61,774 nt of DNA from a virus. Of the stretch, positions 36,247 to 45,267 are shown piece by piece; the first letter of the stretch is position 1, and the number at the start of each line of letters is the position of its first letter. Made by a program: the position numbers and the translations under genes. The stretch lies in the IMG/VR virus record IMGVR_UViG_3300045988_110955, one strand, 5' to 3'. Under the pieces are notes generated by a model. That model was not told the DNA's origin and searched no databases. It saw only the letters and a program-made list of their open reading frames with translations.

Positions 36247-36738
36247 ATGAGATACAAGGAATTGATGAAGGACTATCATTCGAAAGGGATGGTATCCGAG
36301 AAAAAGATGTGGGAGGCCATATGCGAGCTGGACGAGGCTATGGAGTGTCTAAAAGAGAAAGATCCCGACACGTATGACGAGGCCATACGTGATATACATG
36401 AGGTTTTTTGCGGTCCTCATTATAATGAGCATTTCGCTAAGATGGACGTGGCGGCAATGCACCATAAAGGCAAGTCGGGGGAGGATAAGGGTGAGCACTG
36501 GAACATCCAGCAAGTAACCGCTGTCGCTAAAGGCATGAGCGTACCGGGCAACGCTAATATTTGGGATGTTTACGTTGCGCTAAATTCAGCGTGGCACGAC
36601 AAGGAAGTAAAGTTCACGGAATGGTTCGGTCCGGATGCCGAGAAAAAGATCATCGAGGACGCTGTCAATTTCTACTTCATGGATGATGACGCTCCTGAAG
36701 GCAAGGTCTGGATTTACATGTGCGCCATGGATGACTAA
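36247..36738 (+). CDS. Hypothetical protein
   Basis: 163 aa. Confidence 0.6.
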   Translation: MRYKELMKDYHSKGMVSEKKMWEAICELDEAMECLKEKDPDTYDEAIRDIHEVFCGPHYNEHFAKMDVAAMHHKGKSGEDKGEHWNIQQVTAVAKGMSVPGNANIWDVYVALNSAWHDKEVKFTEWFGPDAEKKIIEDAVNFYFMDDDAPEGKVWIYMCAMDD

Positions 36739-36848
36739 GACACGATCACATAACAAGAAAAGAAACGATTCTGTAAGACGGGAAATAGACCGCCTTATAG
36801 AATCGTTGTCGTTCGAGCCTGTCAACTTCTACGAGGTTATGGCCAGAA

Positions 36849-37322
36849 TTAGGCACTTGATGTGCCTGTTATGATATCTCTGAAATTAGGCAACTGCAAA
36901 TAGAACGAGAATCTGCTTAACGGTCTCCATCGTTCAAGCAATGATTGGTTGCACTCATTCCATCCATCTTTTCCGAAGCGGATATCCAAGGCATTAGTTA
37001 TCTTACGCACGATAGACTGGATGTATGGTACATTTGCCCTGTTCCCAATGGAAGGGGTATAAATACATATTTTATATATTCCTCCATTATTACAATCCCA
37101 GCTTCCCCTATAAAAAGTGATATGGGCTTTGTCTAGTATTGCCTCGTCTGACAGGCTTATAAACCCGTTATAACTTCCGATCAACATCGCTTCAAATACT
37201 TTTAACCCAGTGGACGAGCGAAGAAGCTTTTTTAATTCTCGCTCGTCCCGGACAATTTGGCTTATTCCCATGAATATATCATTTAATCTATGTCGGCCTT
37301 TTATTTTTTTTGATTGACTCAT
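36849..37322 (-). CDS. Hypothetical protein
   Basis: 157 aa. Confidence 0.55.
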   Translation of the reverse strand: MSQSKKIKGRHRLNDIFMGISQIVRDERELKKLLRSSTGLKVFEAMLIGSYNGFISLSDEAILDKAHITFYRGSWDCNNGGIYKICIYTPSIGNRANVPYIQSIVRKITNALDIRFGKDGWNECNQSLLERWRPLSRFSFYLQLPNFRDIITGTSSA

Positions 37323-37515
37323 TAAGTATCTTGATCGCCAATAGCGGATCTTTATCCGTTAAAGTGTTCCATACTTTTATTTCGGGTTTCACCCTAGAAT
37401 AATGATGTAGCACTATATTGTTGGCTTTGTCGACTCTTCCGGTTCCATATATCCATAACATCCCGGGATATAACTGGAAGTTTTTCATTATCTTCTTGGC
37501 TTGTCTTAATCTCAT
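37288..37515 (-). CDS. Hypothetical protein
   Basis: 75 aa. Confidence 0.5.
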   Translation of the reverse strand: MRLRQAKKIMKNFQLYPGMLWIYGTGRVDKANNIVLHHYSRVKPEIKVWNTLTDKDPLLAIKILNESIKKNKRPT

Positions 37516-37531
37516 GATTTCAATTTATTTA

Positions 37532-37753
37532 TTATTTAATGATTATATAGTCCCCGCAATCTTCAATATACTTTATTCCGGCACTATCAAGAGTATTCTC
37601 TATGTCCACTTGGCACAGGCAAGATTCCGGTATGATATTGTCATACCCTTCCGCTGGGATCATTTTCGTGATTTGCGGGAAATGATCCTCTAATTGTTTA
37701 GGGGATTGTATTTCTACATCCCCGTCGTAAATAAGTACGCACATAACTGTCAT
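37532..37753 (-). CDS. Hypothetical protein
   Basis: 73 aa. Confidence 0.5.
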   Translation of the reverse strand: MTVMCVLIYDGDVEIQSPKQLEDHFPQITKMIPAEGYDNIIPESCLCQVDIENTLDSAGIKYIEDCGDYIIIK

Positions 37754-37998
37754 CCAAATATGTAATATTTCCCGGCCTCATAAACCATTTTTGTAGAAGG
37801 ATCATCCAGATCGCCATCCTCCAAATCACTTTTTGGAATACACTCATCCCATAAGATGTTATAGAACATATCTTCTGAATTTTTTTCTAATGCGCATTGC
37901 TTGCGTAAACAAAAATCCTCTCCCCAAATGGCGACATCTTGCTGTTGCTCTTCCTGTGTCATACTGGAGATCTTATCACTTAATTCTTTCCAAGTCAT
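37750..37998 (-). CDS. Hypothetical protein
   Basis: 82 aa with a 4-nt overlap. Confidence 0.55.
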   Translation of the reverse strand: MTWKELSDKISSMTQEEQQQDVAIWGEDFCLRKQCALEKNSEDMFYNILWDECIPKSDLEDGDLDDPSTKMVYEAGKYYIFG

Positions 37999-38003
37999 AT
38001 CTT

Positions 38004-38366
38004 TTAAATTATGGGCCTTCCCATGAAGGCTCGGTTAATACTATTCCTCAGATCGAGTATAGGCATCCAATGGGTAACACAAATTTTATCACCATTAGTA
38101 TCATACCATTCATTACATTCTCTGCAATACCAACCCTGTTGTAAGTATTTAAAATAATCAGTACACCAGCAGCCAGTTATTACCAGATCTTCATCATCAG
38201 GTAACTTATCTTTTGTGCTTATCCACGGGAATTGCTTTGCCTGCCATTCGGCACCTGCAATAAATCCCTGATAATACGCCGGGAATGCACTACCGCTACT
38301 CCTGCTTTCAGCGAATAAATGAGCCGCTTCCTCTACCGTCTGTCTCTTATCAATATCTCTTTCCAT
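38004..38366 (-). CDS. DUF551-like protein
   Basis: WISTKDKLPDDED...VTHWMPI pattern. Confidence 0.55.
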   Translation of the reverse strand: MERDIDKRQTVEEAAHLFAESRSSGSAFPAYYQGFIAGAEWQAKQFPWISTKDKLPDDEDLVITGCWCTDYFKYLQQGWYCRECNEWYDTNGDKICVTHWMPILDLRNSINRAFMGRPII

Positions 38367-38424
38367 GATTTTAAATAATATTTAAATATTGCTAACCACA
38401 CATTGTTTGTACACGACAAACCTG

Positions 38425-38553
38425 TATATTTGCGTTGCGTTTGGTTGGAACATTAACACCTCCAATCTGGTGAACTGTCATTCACCTCCTTGTCCTATCT
38501 CCCTTGTCCGAGAAAAGACACAAGCCCATTGTCCTGTAACTTTGGGCTTTTTT
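38425..38553 (+). ncRNA. Candidate leader/sRNA: TATATTTG box to an intrinsic terminator, carrying two CACCTCC anti-SD motifs
   Basis: -7 box at 38425-38432. Terminator AAGCCC/GGGCTT plus T6 at 38522-38553. CACCTCCTT is the exact complement of the AAGGAGGTG upstream of the next ORF. Confidence 0.35.
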
Positions 38554-38631
38554 AGTTTCGCTTGACAGGGCGTAGCTAAATATAGCTTGACGATGCAGGT
38601 CGTCAGGCAAATCGGAAAGGAGGTGTTTAAT

Positions 38632-38757
38632 GTGGAAGACCAAACGCGCGAAGACAGCAAGACTCGTATTTTCTGTCGCTACATAGTAAAGAATGGTAAG
38701 AGAATCTATCCTAAGACCTCTCGTTATTTTTCTTTCTTGGTGAGCGATAAAAAGTAA
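38632..38757 (+). CDS. Small basic protein (…RIFCRYIVKNGKRIYPKTSRYFSFLV…) on the opposite strand to its neighbours
   Basis: Read by hand. GTG at 38632 lies 9 nt after a strong AAGGAGGTG. An alternative ATG is at 38593. Below the track cutoff. Confidence 0.4.
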   Translation: MEDQTREDSKTRIFCRYIVKNGKRIYPKTSRYFSFLVSDKK

Positions 38758-38772
38758 GCCTAGCTGTTTTTT

Positions 38773-38803
38773 AGGAGATGTGCAGGCATCTCCTTCCTTT
38801 ATT
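38773..38803 (+). terminator. Hairpin terminator after the small + strand ORF
   Basis: AGGAGATG / CATCTCCT stem followed by TCCTTTATT. Confidence 0.5.
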
Positions 38804-38820
38804 AGTCTATAAGCGTTGCC

Positions 38821-39258
38821 TTAATCATTTGATCCTCCTTTCAGTAGTTCGGGATTGTCATACACTGAGCCCATAATGCTTCCTTGGCACACCTCCGAAT
38901 CCAGCAATTCGCATGGATTAACCCCATCTAGGGATATGCACCATCCTGTATGTTCATACATATCAATTACTTTTGGAAACTCTCTTTTCTCTTCATGTTT
39001 CCATGTTGAGAATATAACGGCATAAATACGTCCGCTTGGAGCTTTTATTAAATCCCCCTCGTAAATCTCCTTTCCGCTCTTGTCTTTTAGGCCTGTGAAC
39101 TGGCCTATGGTATTAGGAATGATACCAACCCATTTACCGGGATTGATCTCAAAAAAGATTTTGCTCATTTTCCTTTTAATGGTTCCATACGAAATGGTCA
39201 TGCTTTTCACCCATTCACCTCCATTGACTCTCTTCCCTCTGAACTTTATCTCACGCAT
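38821..39258 (-). CDS. YopX family protein
   Basis: MREIKFRGKR...IGQFTGLKDKSGKEIYEGDLI. Confidence 0.8.
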   Translation of the reverse strand: MREIKFRGKRVNGGEWVKSMTISYGTIKRKMSKIFFEINPGKWVGIIPNTIGQFTGLKDKSGKEIYEGDLIKAPSGRIYAVIFSTWKHEEKREFPKVIDMYEHTGWCISLDGVNPCELLDSEVCQGSIMGSVYDNPELLKGGSND

Positions 39259-39922
39259 TATTTGATCCTCCTTTCTCTAATATATCCTCACAAGCCTTGC
39301 TGTAGCACCTTACCGGCTTTTGGTGAAATGAACACCAAGCTTCCCCGTTTGCGTCTTCATCCTCGATAAGTTTGCAGTCTCCACATTTATCTGTTAGGTA
39401 TTTCTTGTCAAGGTATCCTTCCTTGATAAGCCATTCAATCATTTCAGTGATAGCATCAAAAAGGCTCTCCCTGCAATATGACTGGGCAAGGTTACTTCCT
39501 GCGGAATACTTTATAGTGAATTCTTTATCTCGTGGAAGTATGAATAGGTAATAGTTATATCCCTCACATTCTATTTGATCGGGTATCATGTCTATCAGCT
39601 TGGATAGAGACCAAGCCGGGATATCCTTACCCCATAGATGGTCAAACACTTCTTCCCCCGTCATGTGTGTACCATCAGAATGTTTGTGAAAAGGCATTGC
39701 AAGTTTAGCTATTCTTTGCGGTGTCCAAAACCTACCTCTCAATGTAGGCGGTTTCGTTTGTAGTTCCCACTCCAGCGCAGGCACTCTGCTTCTCGTAAAG
39801 TGATATGACATGTCCGCCGTCTCCGGTCTCACCCCGACCTCTAATAGGCGGGATGATTGTTGTTTATTCGTGCAAATTTGATTCATGTTATAATTCGTTG
39901 TTAAATATTCCTTATTATCCAT
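39251..39922 (-). CDS. Hypothetical protein (IPAWSLSKLIDMIP motif, phage ABA-sandwich-like)
   Basis: 223 aa. The motif is recalled from memory only. Confidence 0.5.
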   Translation of the reverse strand: MDNKEYLTTNYNMNQICTNKQQSSRLLEVGVRPETADMSYHFTRSRVPALEWELQTKPPTLRGRFWTPQRIAKLAMPFHKHSDGTHMTGEEVFDHLWGKDIPAWSLSKLIDMIPDQIECEGYNYYLFILPRDKEFTIKYSAGSNLAQSYCRESLFDAITEMIEWLIKEGYLDKKYLTDKCGDCKLIEDEDANGEAWCSFHQKPVRCYSKACEDILEKGGSNNA

Positions 39923-40190
39923 ATCTTTCCCTCAATTTATCAATGTAAGATAAGTACCATTCACGAGTTTTCTCCTTGTCATACCCTACGTATAATAAAC
40001 CAAAAGGATCGTACTCTATAAACTCATCGGTCTTGCAGAAAGGGCAGGGGACATCCCCGCCTATGGTCAATCCCCCAACCTCGCTATCATATGAGTCAAG
40101 ATCCCATAGATAGCCGTCACAGCATATTGCGTCTGGATAAGATGCGCCGAAAAAGGGAAACTCGGGACATTTTTTTATTTCCTCTTCCAT
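39915..40190 (-). CDS. Hypothetical Cys-rich protein
   Basis: 91 aa. Confidence 0.55.
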   Translation of the reverse strand: MEEEIKKCPEFPFFGASYPDAICCDGYLWDLDSYDSEVGGLTIGGDVPCPFCKTDEFIEYDPFGLLYVGYDKEKTREWYLSYIDKLRERYG

Positions 40191-40192
40191 AT

Positions 40193-40339
40193 CTATCCCT
40201 CATGAATAACCACACACTCAATTTGTTCCTCAAACGTAACGTCCACTATATCGTAGGTATAGTTATCGGATGTTTCTATAATGACCTCCGCTTCCGGGTC
40301 TTGCTCTTGTAATAGAGCGATTAGTTCTTTATTTCTCAT
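40193..40339 (-). CDS. Small hypothetical protein
   Basis: 48 aa read by hand (MRNKELIALLQEQDPEAEV...). Confidence 0.4.
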   Translation of the reverse strand: MRNKELIALLQEQDPEAEVIIETSDNYTYDIVDVTFEEQIECVVIHEG

Positions 40340-40401
40340 GCTAATTTTTATCTTGTTGATTTAAAGGGGCATCCCATGAAAGGAACGCCCCGGATAGATT
40401 A

Positions 40402-40608
40402 CTAGTTCTGCTCGGCAAGTTTCTTGAACTCCCCAAGCAACATATAGATCGTGGCGATATCGTCCTTGAAGCGATCCACCGTTTCCTCGTTGATGCACCA
40501 TAAGTAGTTGAATACCAAGTCCATCAGTTGGTCGCACACCTCGGAGGGCGTGGTGATCTTGTTCATGAACTCGTTGAACGAGGTAAAGTCGTATTGTTTA
40601 GCTAGCAT
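40402..40608 (-). CDS. Hypothetical protein
   Basis: 68 aa. Confidence 0.55.
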   Translation of the reverse strand: MLAKQYDFTSFNEFMNKITTPSEVCDQLMDLVFNYLWCINEETVDRFKDDIATIYMLLGEFKKLAEQN

Positions 40609-41485
40609 AGTTCAACTCCTCCATCTTAGAAAATCCTAACACGGACATAAGAGAATCGAATTTGTCCACATACCACTCCGGTTGCGTTTCCTTCGGGTTG
40701 TTCTTGTTTATTTGATTCTCTCCGTATTCGAGTCCTTTCTTGGATATGGAGTTGAAATATTTGGTATTCCCTTTAGAGGATTTACGGGATATACGTTCGA
40801 TATATCCTAGCTCGATAGCCCTTTTGTAGAATTGATTCCTTGACACCTTGTAACCTTTATCGCTGAGTAAGTCAGTGGCCGATTTCATCACGCCCTTCGA
40901 CGGGACGTAGTCAGGCAAGGGCAATCCAAGAGGGGTGGCTACTTTCTCAAGCAAAGACAGCTTGGAAACGTCATTGAGGTTCAGCATCTCGCTTACGCCC
41001 TTCACCCATTCTATTCCGGCCCGGACTTTTGTCGGGGTGACGGACACTGGTCTGGATTGGTTAATTGATTTGCTTTCTTCCAGTTTTTCCTCACAAGCGA
41101 TAAAGTAACGGCGGGCTTGCTTACCTTTCTCGCTTCTTTGGATCATTGATACTTCTTTCGCCATGTTTAATGTCATTGCGTAATCTTGAAGTTCTTGATT
41201 CGCAAGGGTGTTAAATACTTTACACCCTACATAGTCCTTGTTTTCGTCGAAACCGTACTGTAGTTGTCGGTCAAACCAAGACTGGAATCTTTCCGTACAA
41301 CCTAAAAAGTCGTACAAAGCTCTTGCGCTAACGGCTCTTTTTCCGTTGCTTTCTGTGATGGGGATTAACGCCCCTACGTTTGTTGTAATTTCTGCCATAT
41401 CGATAGTCATTTTTTTGGCATTATAGGCAAAGAAAAACGGCTTGCCTTTCCCGTTGACTATCACCTCAAGAGGCTGGTGTCCCAT
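40598..41485 (-). CDS. AntA/AntB-type antirepressor
   Basis: ARALYDFLGCTERFQSWFDRQLQYGFDENKDY...LNMAKEVSMIQRSEKGKQARRYFIACEEKL. Confidence 0.8.
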   Translation of the reverse strand: MGHQPLEVIVNGKGKPFFFAYNAKKMTIDMAEITTNVGALIPITESNGKRAVSARALYDFLGCTERFQSWFDRQLQYGFDENKDYVGCKVFNTLANQELQDYAMTLNMAKEVSMIQRSEKGKQARRYFIACEEKLEESKSINQSRPVSVTPTKVRAGIEWVKGVSEMLNLNDVSKLSLLEKVATPLGLPLPDYVPSKGVMKSATDLLSDKGYKVSRNQFYKRAIELGYIERISRKSSKGNTKYFNSISKKGLEYGENQINKNNPKETQPEWYVDKFDSLMSVLGFSKMEELNYAS

Positions 41486-41651
41486 TACAGTTCACCACGG
41501 GGGTACAAGCCGTATATCTTAGATACATCGATCTTACAAGCATAAAAAATGCCCGCTATATATGGCAGGCTTCCGTCTGCCTCTTGAGTATGATAGTCGC
41601 TACAAATGTACCACTTCTTTCCAAAACGCCAAATAAAATCATTGAAAAAAA

Positions 41652-42299
41652 TCACCCGGCTTTCTCAAAAGCCTTATTGAATACCCTCGGATCAAGTATA
41701 GCGTTCGTTATCGCCGTGAACGCCTTCACGATCCCGGGCTGCTCGTTTAAGTTTATTCTCACGTCCTTTCCGGTGACCTCGCTTGATAACCGGTCGCTCA
41801 GATATTCCACCTTGTCCAGTGTCAGATAGGATAGGGGATTGTACGCCAAAGGAACGATCCTCCGCATCCTGTCACCGAAATCGCTTATCGTGATCCTCGA
41901 CATCTGCGCTAGCATGTTTATCGTTGACGACAACGAGGCGATCCGGTTCGTCATGCCCGATACCCCGTGATCCAGCAATATCTGGCTGATCGTGTAGTAA
42001 TACCGGTCTATATGAGGTTGCACGTCCTCCTCCATGCTTTGCGTTATCTCCGCTAACGCCTCCTTGTTAGCCTTGGCTATCCGGAAGATGTTGGTGTTAT
42101 AAGCGTCTATCTCTTTCTCGATAGCGTTGGCCGTCCGTTTGGCGTTATGCCTGTAGTGCTCGCTATTCCTTATGGCCTCCATGAGCGATACGGTGTAGTT
42201 ATACACTTGGTCGTTCACGAAGAGGACCATGTAGGTCAGCGACGTGACAAGTCCGTTCGTGTCCTTGTCGATCTCTTCCCAATCGTTGTACTTTCTCAT
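41652..42299 (-). CDS. Hypothetical helical protein, translationally coupled to the ACP-like ORF
   Basis: 215 aa with a 4-nt overlap. Confidence 0.6.
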   Translation of the reverse strand: MRKYNDWEEIDKDTNGLVTSLTYMVLFVNDQVYNYTVSLMEAIRNSEHYRHNAKRTANAIEKEIDAYNTNIFRIAKANKEALAEITQSMEEDVQPHIDRYYYTISQILLDHGVSGMTNRIASLSSTINMLAQMSRITISDFGDRMRRIVPLAYNPLSYLTLDKVEYLSDRLSSEVTGKDVRINLNEQPGIVKAFTAITNAILDPRVFNKAFEKAG

Positions 42300-42595
42300 T
42301 CTTCCATCCTCCGGATCATATAGTCAACCACGTCCTTTATGGTAAGGCATCGTACGGAATCATCATCATCATCCGGGATCAATATGCCAAACTCTTTTTC
42401 TAGTTCCATCATGAGTTCAGCCTCGTCAAGACTGTCCATCCATAGATCATCCTCCAGCTTGGATTCCATCGTAAGTGGCTGATTCTTACAGCAACATATC
42501 TCCTCTATAATCTCAAATACTTTGTTTTTTATAGTTTCTTTTTCCATTTCTGTATTTTTTTTATTTATCTCATCATGGATGAATGCGGCTTTCAA
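42296..42595 (-). CDS. Acyl-carrier-protein-like protein
   Basis: LEDDLWMDSLDEAELMMELEKEFGILIPDDD matches the ACP DSL phosphopantetheine-site helix II pattern. Confidence 0.6.
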   Translation of the reverse strand: MKAAFIHDEINKKNTEMEKETIKNKVFEIIEEICCCKNQPLTMESKLEDDLWMDSLDEAELMMELEKEFGILIPDDDDDSVRCLTIKDVVDYMIRRMEE

Positions 42596-42608
42596 CTATG
42601 ATGAATGA

Positions 42609-42878
42609 TTAAACCTTGTTTGTTTTAGTGAACACCACGCTCTCGTGATCCGGCCTCAGATGGGCCATGCAAGCGGATGAGTATTCGCAGAATCTAGCTC
42701 CCTCGTCCCGGAAGACGCATCCCCTGCACGGGATCTTGTTCTGCCCGTTGTAGTACGGCCTGTACTTTTCCACGACAATTTTCATGTCTCCTACCAACAC
42801 GATCAACCCGGTAGGGGTGTTTCTTAATCTGTCTGTTATTTCCATTATCTTGTTCTTAAAATGGCATGTCCTTGTCAT
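42609..42878 (-). CDS. Hypothetical Cys-rich protein
   Basis: 89 aa. Confidence 0.55.
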   Translation of the reverse strand: MTRTCHFKNKIMEITDRLRNTPTGLIVLVGDMKIVVEKYRPYYNGQNKIPCRGCVFRDEGARFCEYSSACMAHLRPDHESVVFTKTNKV

Positions 42879-45267
42879 AACTCCCGTAATCGTAGAACTT
42901 GGTCATACCGTCATTATGCTTGAATTTTACTAATCCCGTGGCCCCGTCTCTATTTTTGGCCACGATCAACTCCCCATAGTTGTGTTCGACGTTCCCGTTC
43001 TTGTCCTTTACCTCGATCTTGTAATACTCCGGCCTATGGATGAACATTACGATATCAGCGTCTTGTTCGATAGCCCCGGATTCCCTAAGATCTGATAGGA
43101 GGGGTTTCTTGTCCGGTCTGGCCTCGTTTCCCCTGTTCAATTGGGATAAGAGCAAGAAGGGAACCTTTAACTCCTTCGCCGTGATCTTGGCGGTCCTGGA
43201 CATCTTCGCTACCTCACGTTCACGGCTTCCTTCCCGTTCACCGCTCTCCGCCAATTGGAGATAGTCGGCCATGATTATCCCGCACTTGCCTTGTTTCTTC
43301 AGTATTTTACATCGTGACCGGATATAGTCCATCGTCACGCACGGGTTGTCATCGACGTAGATCGGAAGTCTCCAAAGCTCATTCACTGCCGTCTCTACCT
43401 TGTTGATCTCCTCGTTTGTCATATACCCGGACTTGAACCGTTCCGGATCTACGTCGCACTCGGAGAGGATCAGCCTGTTAGCCAAGCTTATGTCTGACAT
43501 CTCAAGCGAGAATATCGCAACCGGGATCTTGGATCTAGCCGCTGATTTGGCCAAGTGAAGCATCACGGCGGTATTGTGGGTGACTATGTAGTCGTCCGTT
43601 ATATACAAGGCCTTCTCATGCGATACCGATATGCACTGGCATTCAACCCTGCGGTTGGTCGGTGTCACGGACATCACGGTCAAAGGTTTGTTCCTCCGGT
43701 CTGGCCTCACTCTGTTGAATTTCCTTGGGAGCGTGAAGCATTCCCTAGGATTGTCCGCTACGATCACGAGCCTGAAACTGTTCCTTTTCCGCTCGCCATA
43801 AAGGAATGAGCGTCTTTCTCTCAAGGAACATTTATATCCTAAAGACCAGCAAAGTGTTTGTACGCCTCTCGCCAATTTAGCGCTCGTGGTGTTGTAGCAT
43901 ATAGCCCCATTCTTGTCTATATCCCCGTCTGTATCGAGAAGACCGTTCAACAGCTCAACCCTTTGATCCCTGCATGCGTCAATGTACATGTCCGGGATGA
44001 ACTTCTCGTAGGAATGGACATTCAACAATCCTAGGCTCTTTAGCTCTGACAGGTATTTATTGACCTTCCTGTTCTCCTTGTTGGTCACTAGGAAGCGATC
44101 ATCCGACACGATAACATCGTAGTCGACCATACCTTGGATCTTATCAGCGATGAACTTGTCCGGCTTGCACCAGCTAACCCCCTTGCTCAAGACTCCATCT
44201 CCTAGCAAGACTCCCATGAGATATGGGTGGATCACGAAATCTTTCTTTTCTCCGAATATCCCGGAGAAACGAGGAATGCTTATTCTGCCGGAATATCTTT
44301 CCTTGCTTATCAAGTCCATAAGCTCTAGGGTAGATACGACCCTTTCGGCCTTGGCGTTGAACTTGGAAGATATTACGCTCCACAAGTGGCTGCCACAGCA
44401 TTCGATCTTGCGACCGTCCGAGAACTCGACCATGTATGTCTTGACATGTCCTTGCGGGAATATGCCGGTCACACGTGATTCAGCCCCGTCTACGGAGCAA
44501 ACTTGGTCGCCTATCGCAAGATCCTTGTTCAGTTTCCATCCAGAAGGTGTCAATACCTTGGCATCCATCCTTAGAGCCTTTCCCATGGAGGGCCTAGCGG
44601 CTATTATCACCAAGTTTCCCGGTTGCCAGCCGTTAGTGATCTTATTCAGGTCGTGAAGCCCAGTGTCTACACCAGACCGGATGTTTTTCCTAGCCATCTC
44701 CACACGCTTGTATAAACCGTCCATGGAGCCTTTAAGAGCCTTGGATATATGCTCGCCATTGGACTTCCCGATAAGCTCCTCCATGAGGCTCTCTGATCCG
44801 TTTATGGCCTTGTGCAGTACGTCACCTATATCCTCGTTGGAATAGATAGCGTTCTCAAGTTCATTGGCTATCACCAGCCCTTTCCTCTGTATGGATCGCT
44901 CCTTGACTATCATTGCGTGGTCCAGTATATGGGCCGATGACCCAATCTTGGAGGTAAGGGAGGCTATGTAGATCGGCCCCCCTATACTCTCGAGATCTCC
45001 GGATGACAACATCGCTTGGGTGACCGTCATCATGTCTATGGGCTTTCTCTCCTTGTATAGCCCGGATATGGCCTTGAATACCGATTGGTTCCTCTTGTCG
45101 TAGAAATCGGCCTCAGATAGTTCCGAGACGATTTTCTCGAAAGCGTCGCTCTCTATGAGGCAAGCCCCTAGTATTATCTGCTCTATCTCCTTGGCTTGGG
45201 GAGGTAGTTTCCCGTCAATCTGGGACGATGTAAACCTGTCTCGATCCATTCTGTTGCTTGTCTTCAT
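42856..45267 (-). CDS. dnaB: Replicative DNA helicase DnaB, interrupted by an intein
   Basis: PPQAKEIEQIILGACL, AARPSMGK|...|TAVMLHLA, SLEMS, IIMADYLQL, SQLNR, LRESGAIEQDADIVMFIHR. Confidence 0.95.
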   Translation of the reverse strand: MKTSNRMDRDRFTSSQIDGKLPPQAKEIEQIILGACLIESDAFEKIVSELSEADFYDKRNQSVFKAISGLYKERKPIDMMTVTQAMLSSGDLESIGGPIYIASLTSKIGSSAHILDHAMIVKERSIQRKGLVIANELENAIYSNEDIGDVLHKAINGSESLMEELIGKSNGEHISKALKGSMDGLYKRVEMARKNIRSGVDTGLHDLNKITNGWQPGNLVIIAARPSMGKALRMDAKVLTPSGWKLNKDLAIGDQVCSVDGAESRVTGIFPQGHVKTYMVEFSDGRKIECCGSHLWSVISSKFNAKAERVVSTLELMDLISKERYSGRISIPRFSGIFGEKKDFVIHPYLMGVLLGDGVLSKGVSWCKPDKFIADKIQGMVDYDVIVSDDRFLVTNKENRKVNKYLSELKSLGLLNVHSYEKFIPDMYIDACRDQRVELLNGLLDTDGDIDKNGAICYNTTSAKLARGVQTLCWSLGYKCSLRERRSFLYGERKRNSFRLVIVADNPRECFTLPRKFNRVRPDRRNKPLTVMSVTPTNRRVECQCISVSHEKALYITDDYIVTHNTAVMLHLAKSAARSKIPVAIFSLEMSDISLANRLILSECDVDPERFKSGYMTNEEINKVETAVNELWRLPIYVDDNPCVTMDYIRSRCKILKKQGKCGIIMADYLQLAESGEREGSREREVAKMSRTAKITAKELKVPFLLLSQLNRGNEARPDKKPLLSDLRESGAIEQDADIVMFIHRPEYYKIEVKDKNGNVEHNYGELIVAKNRDGATGLVKFKHNDGMTKFYDYGSYDKDMPF
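43573..44577 (-). mobile_element. Intein (335 aa) with a LAGLIDADG homing endonuclease, inserted in the DnaB Walker A (GK|T)
   Basis: Spans residues 231-565. Starts ALRMDAKVL and ends IVTHN followed by T. GVLLGDG and LLNGLLDTDG are the LAGLIDADG motifs. The exteins rejoin to GKT. Confidence 0.85.

Noticed and set aside
38478-38660. 60-aa - strand ORF in the moron region
   Set aside because: It spans a + strand terminator and SD region, has no plausible start context, and its sequence is Cys/Thr-rich.
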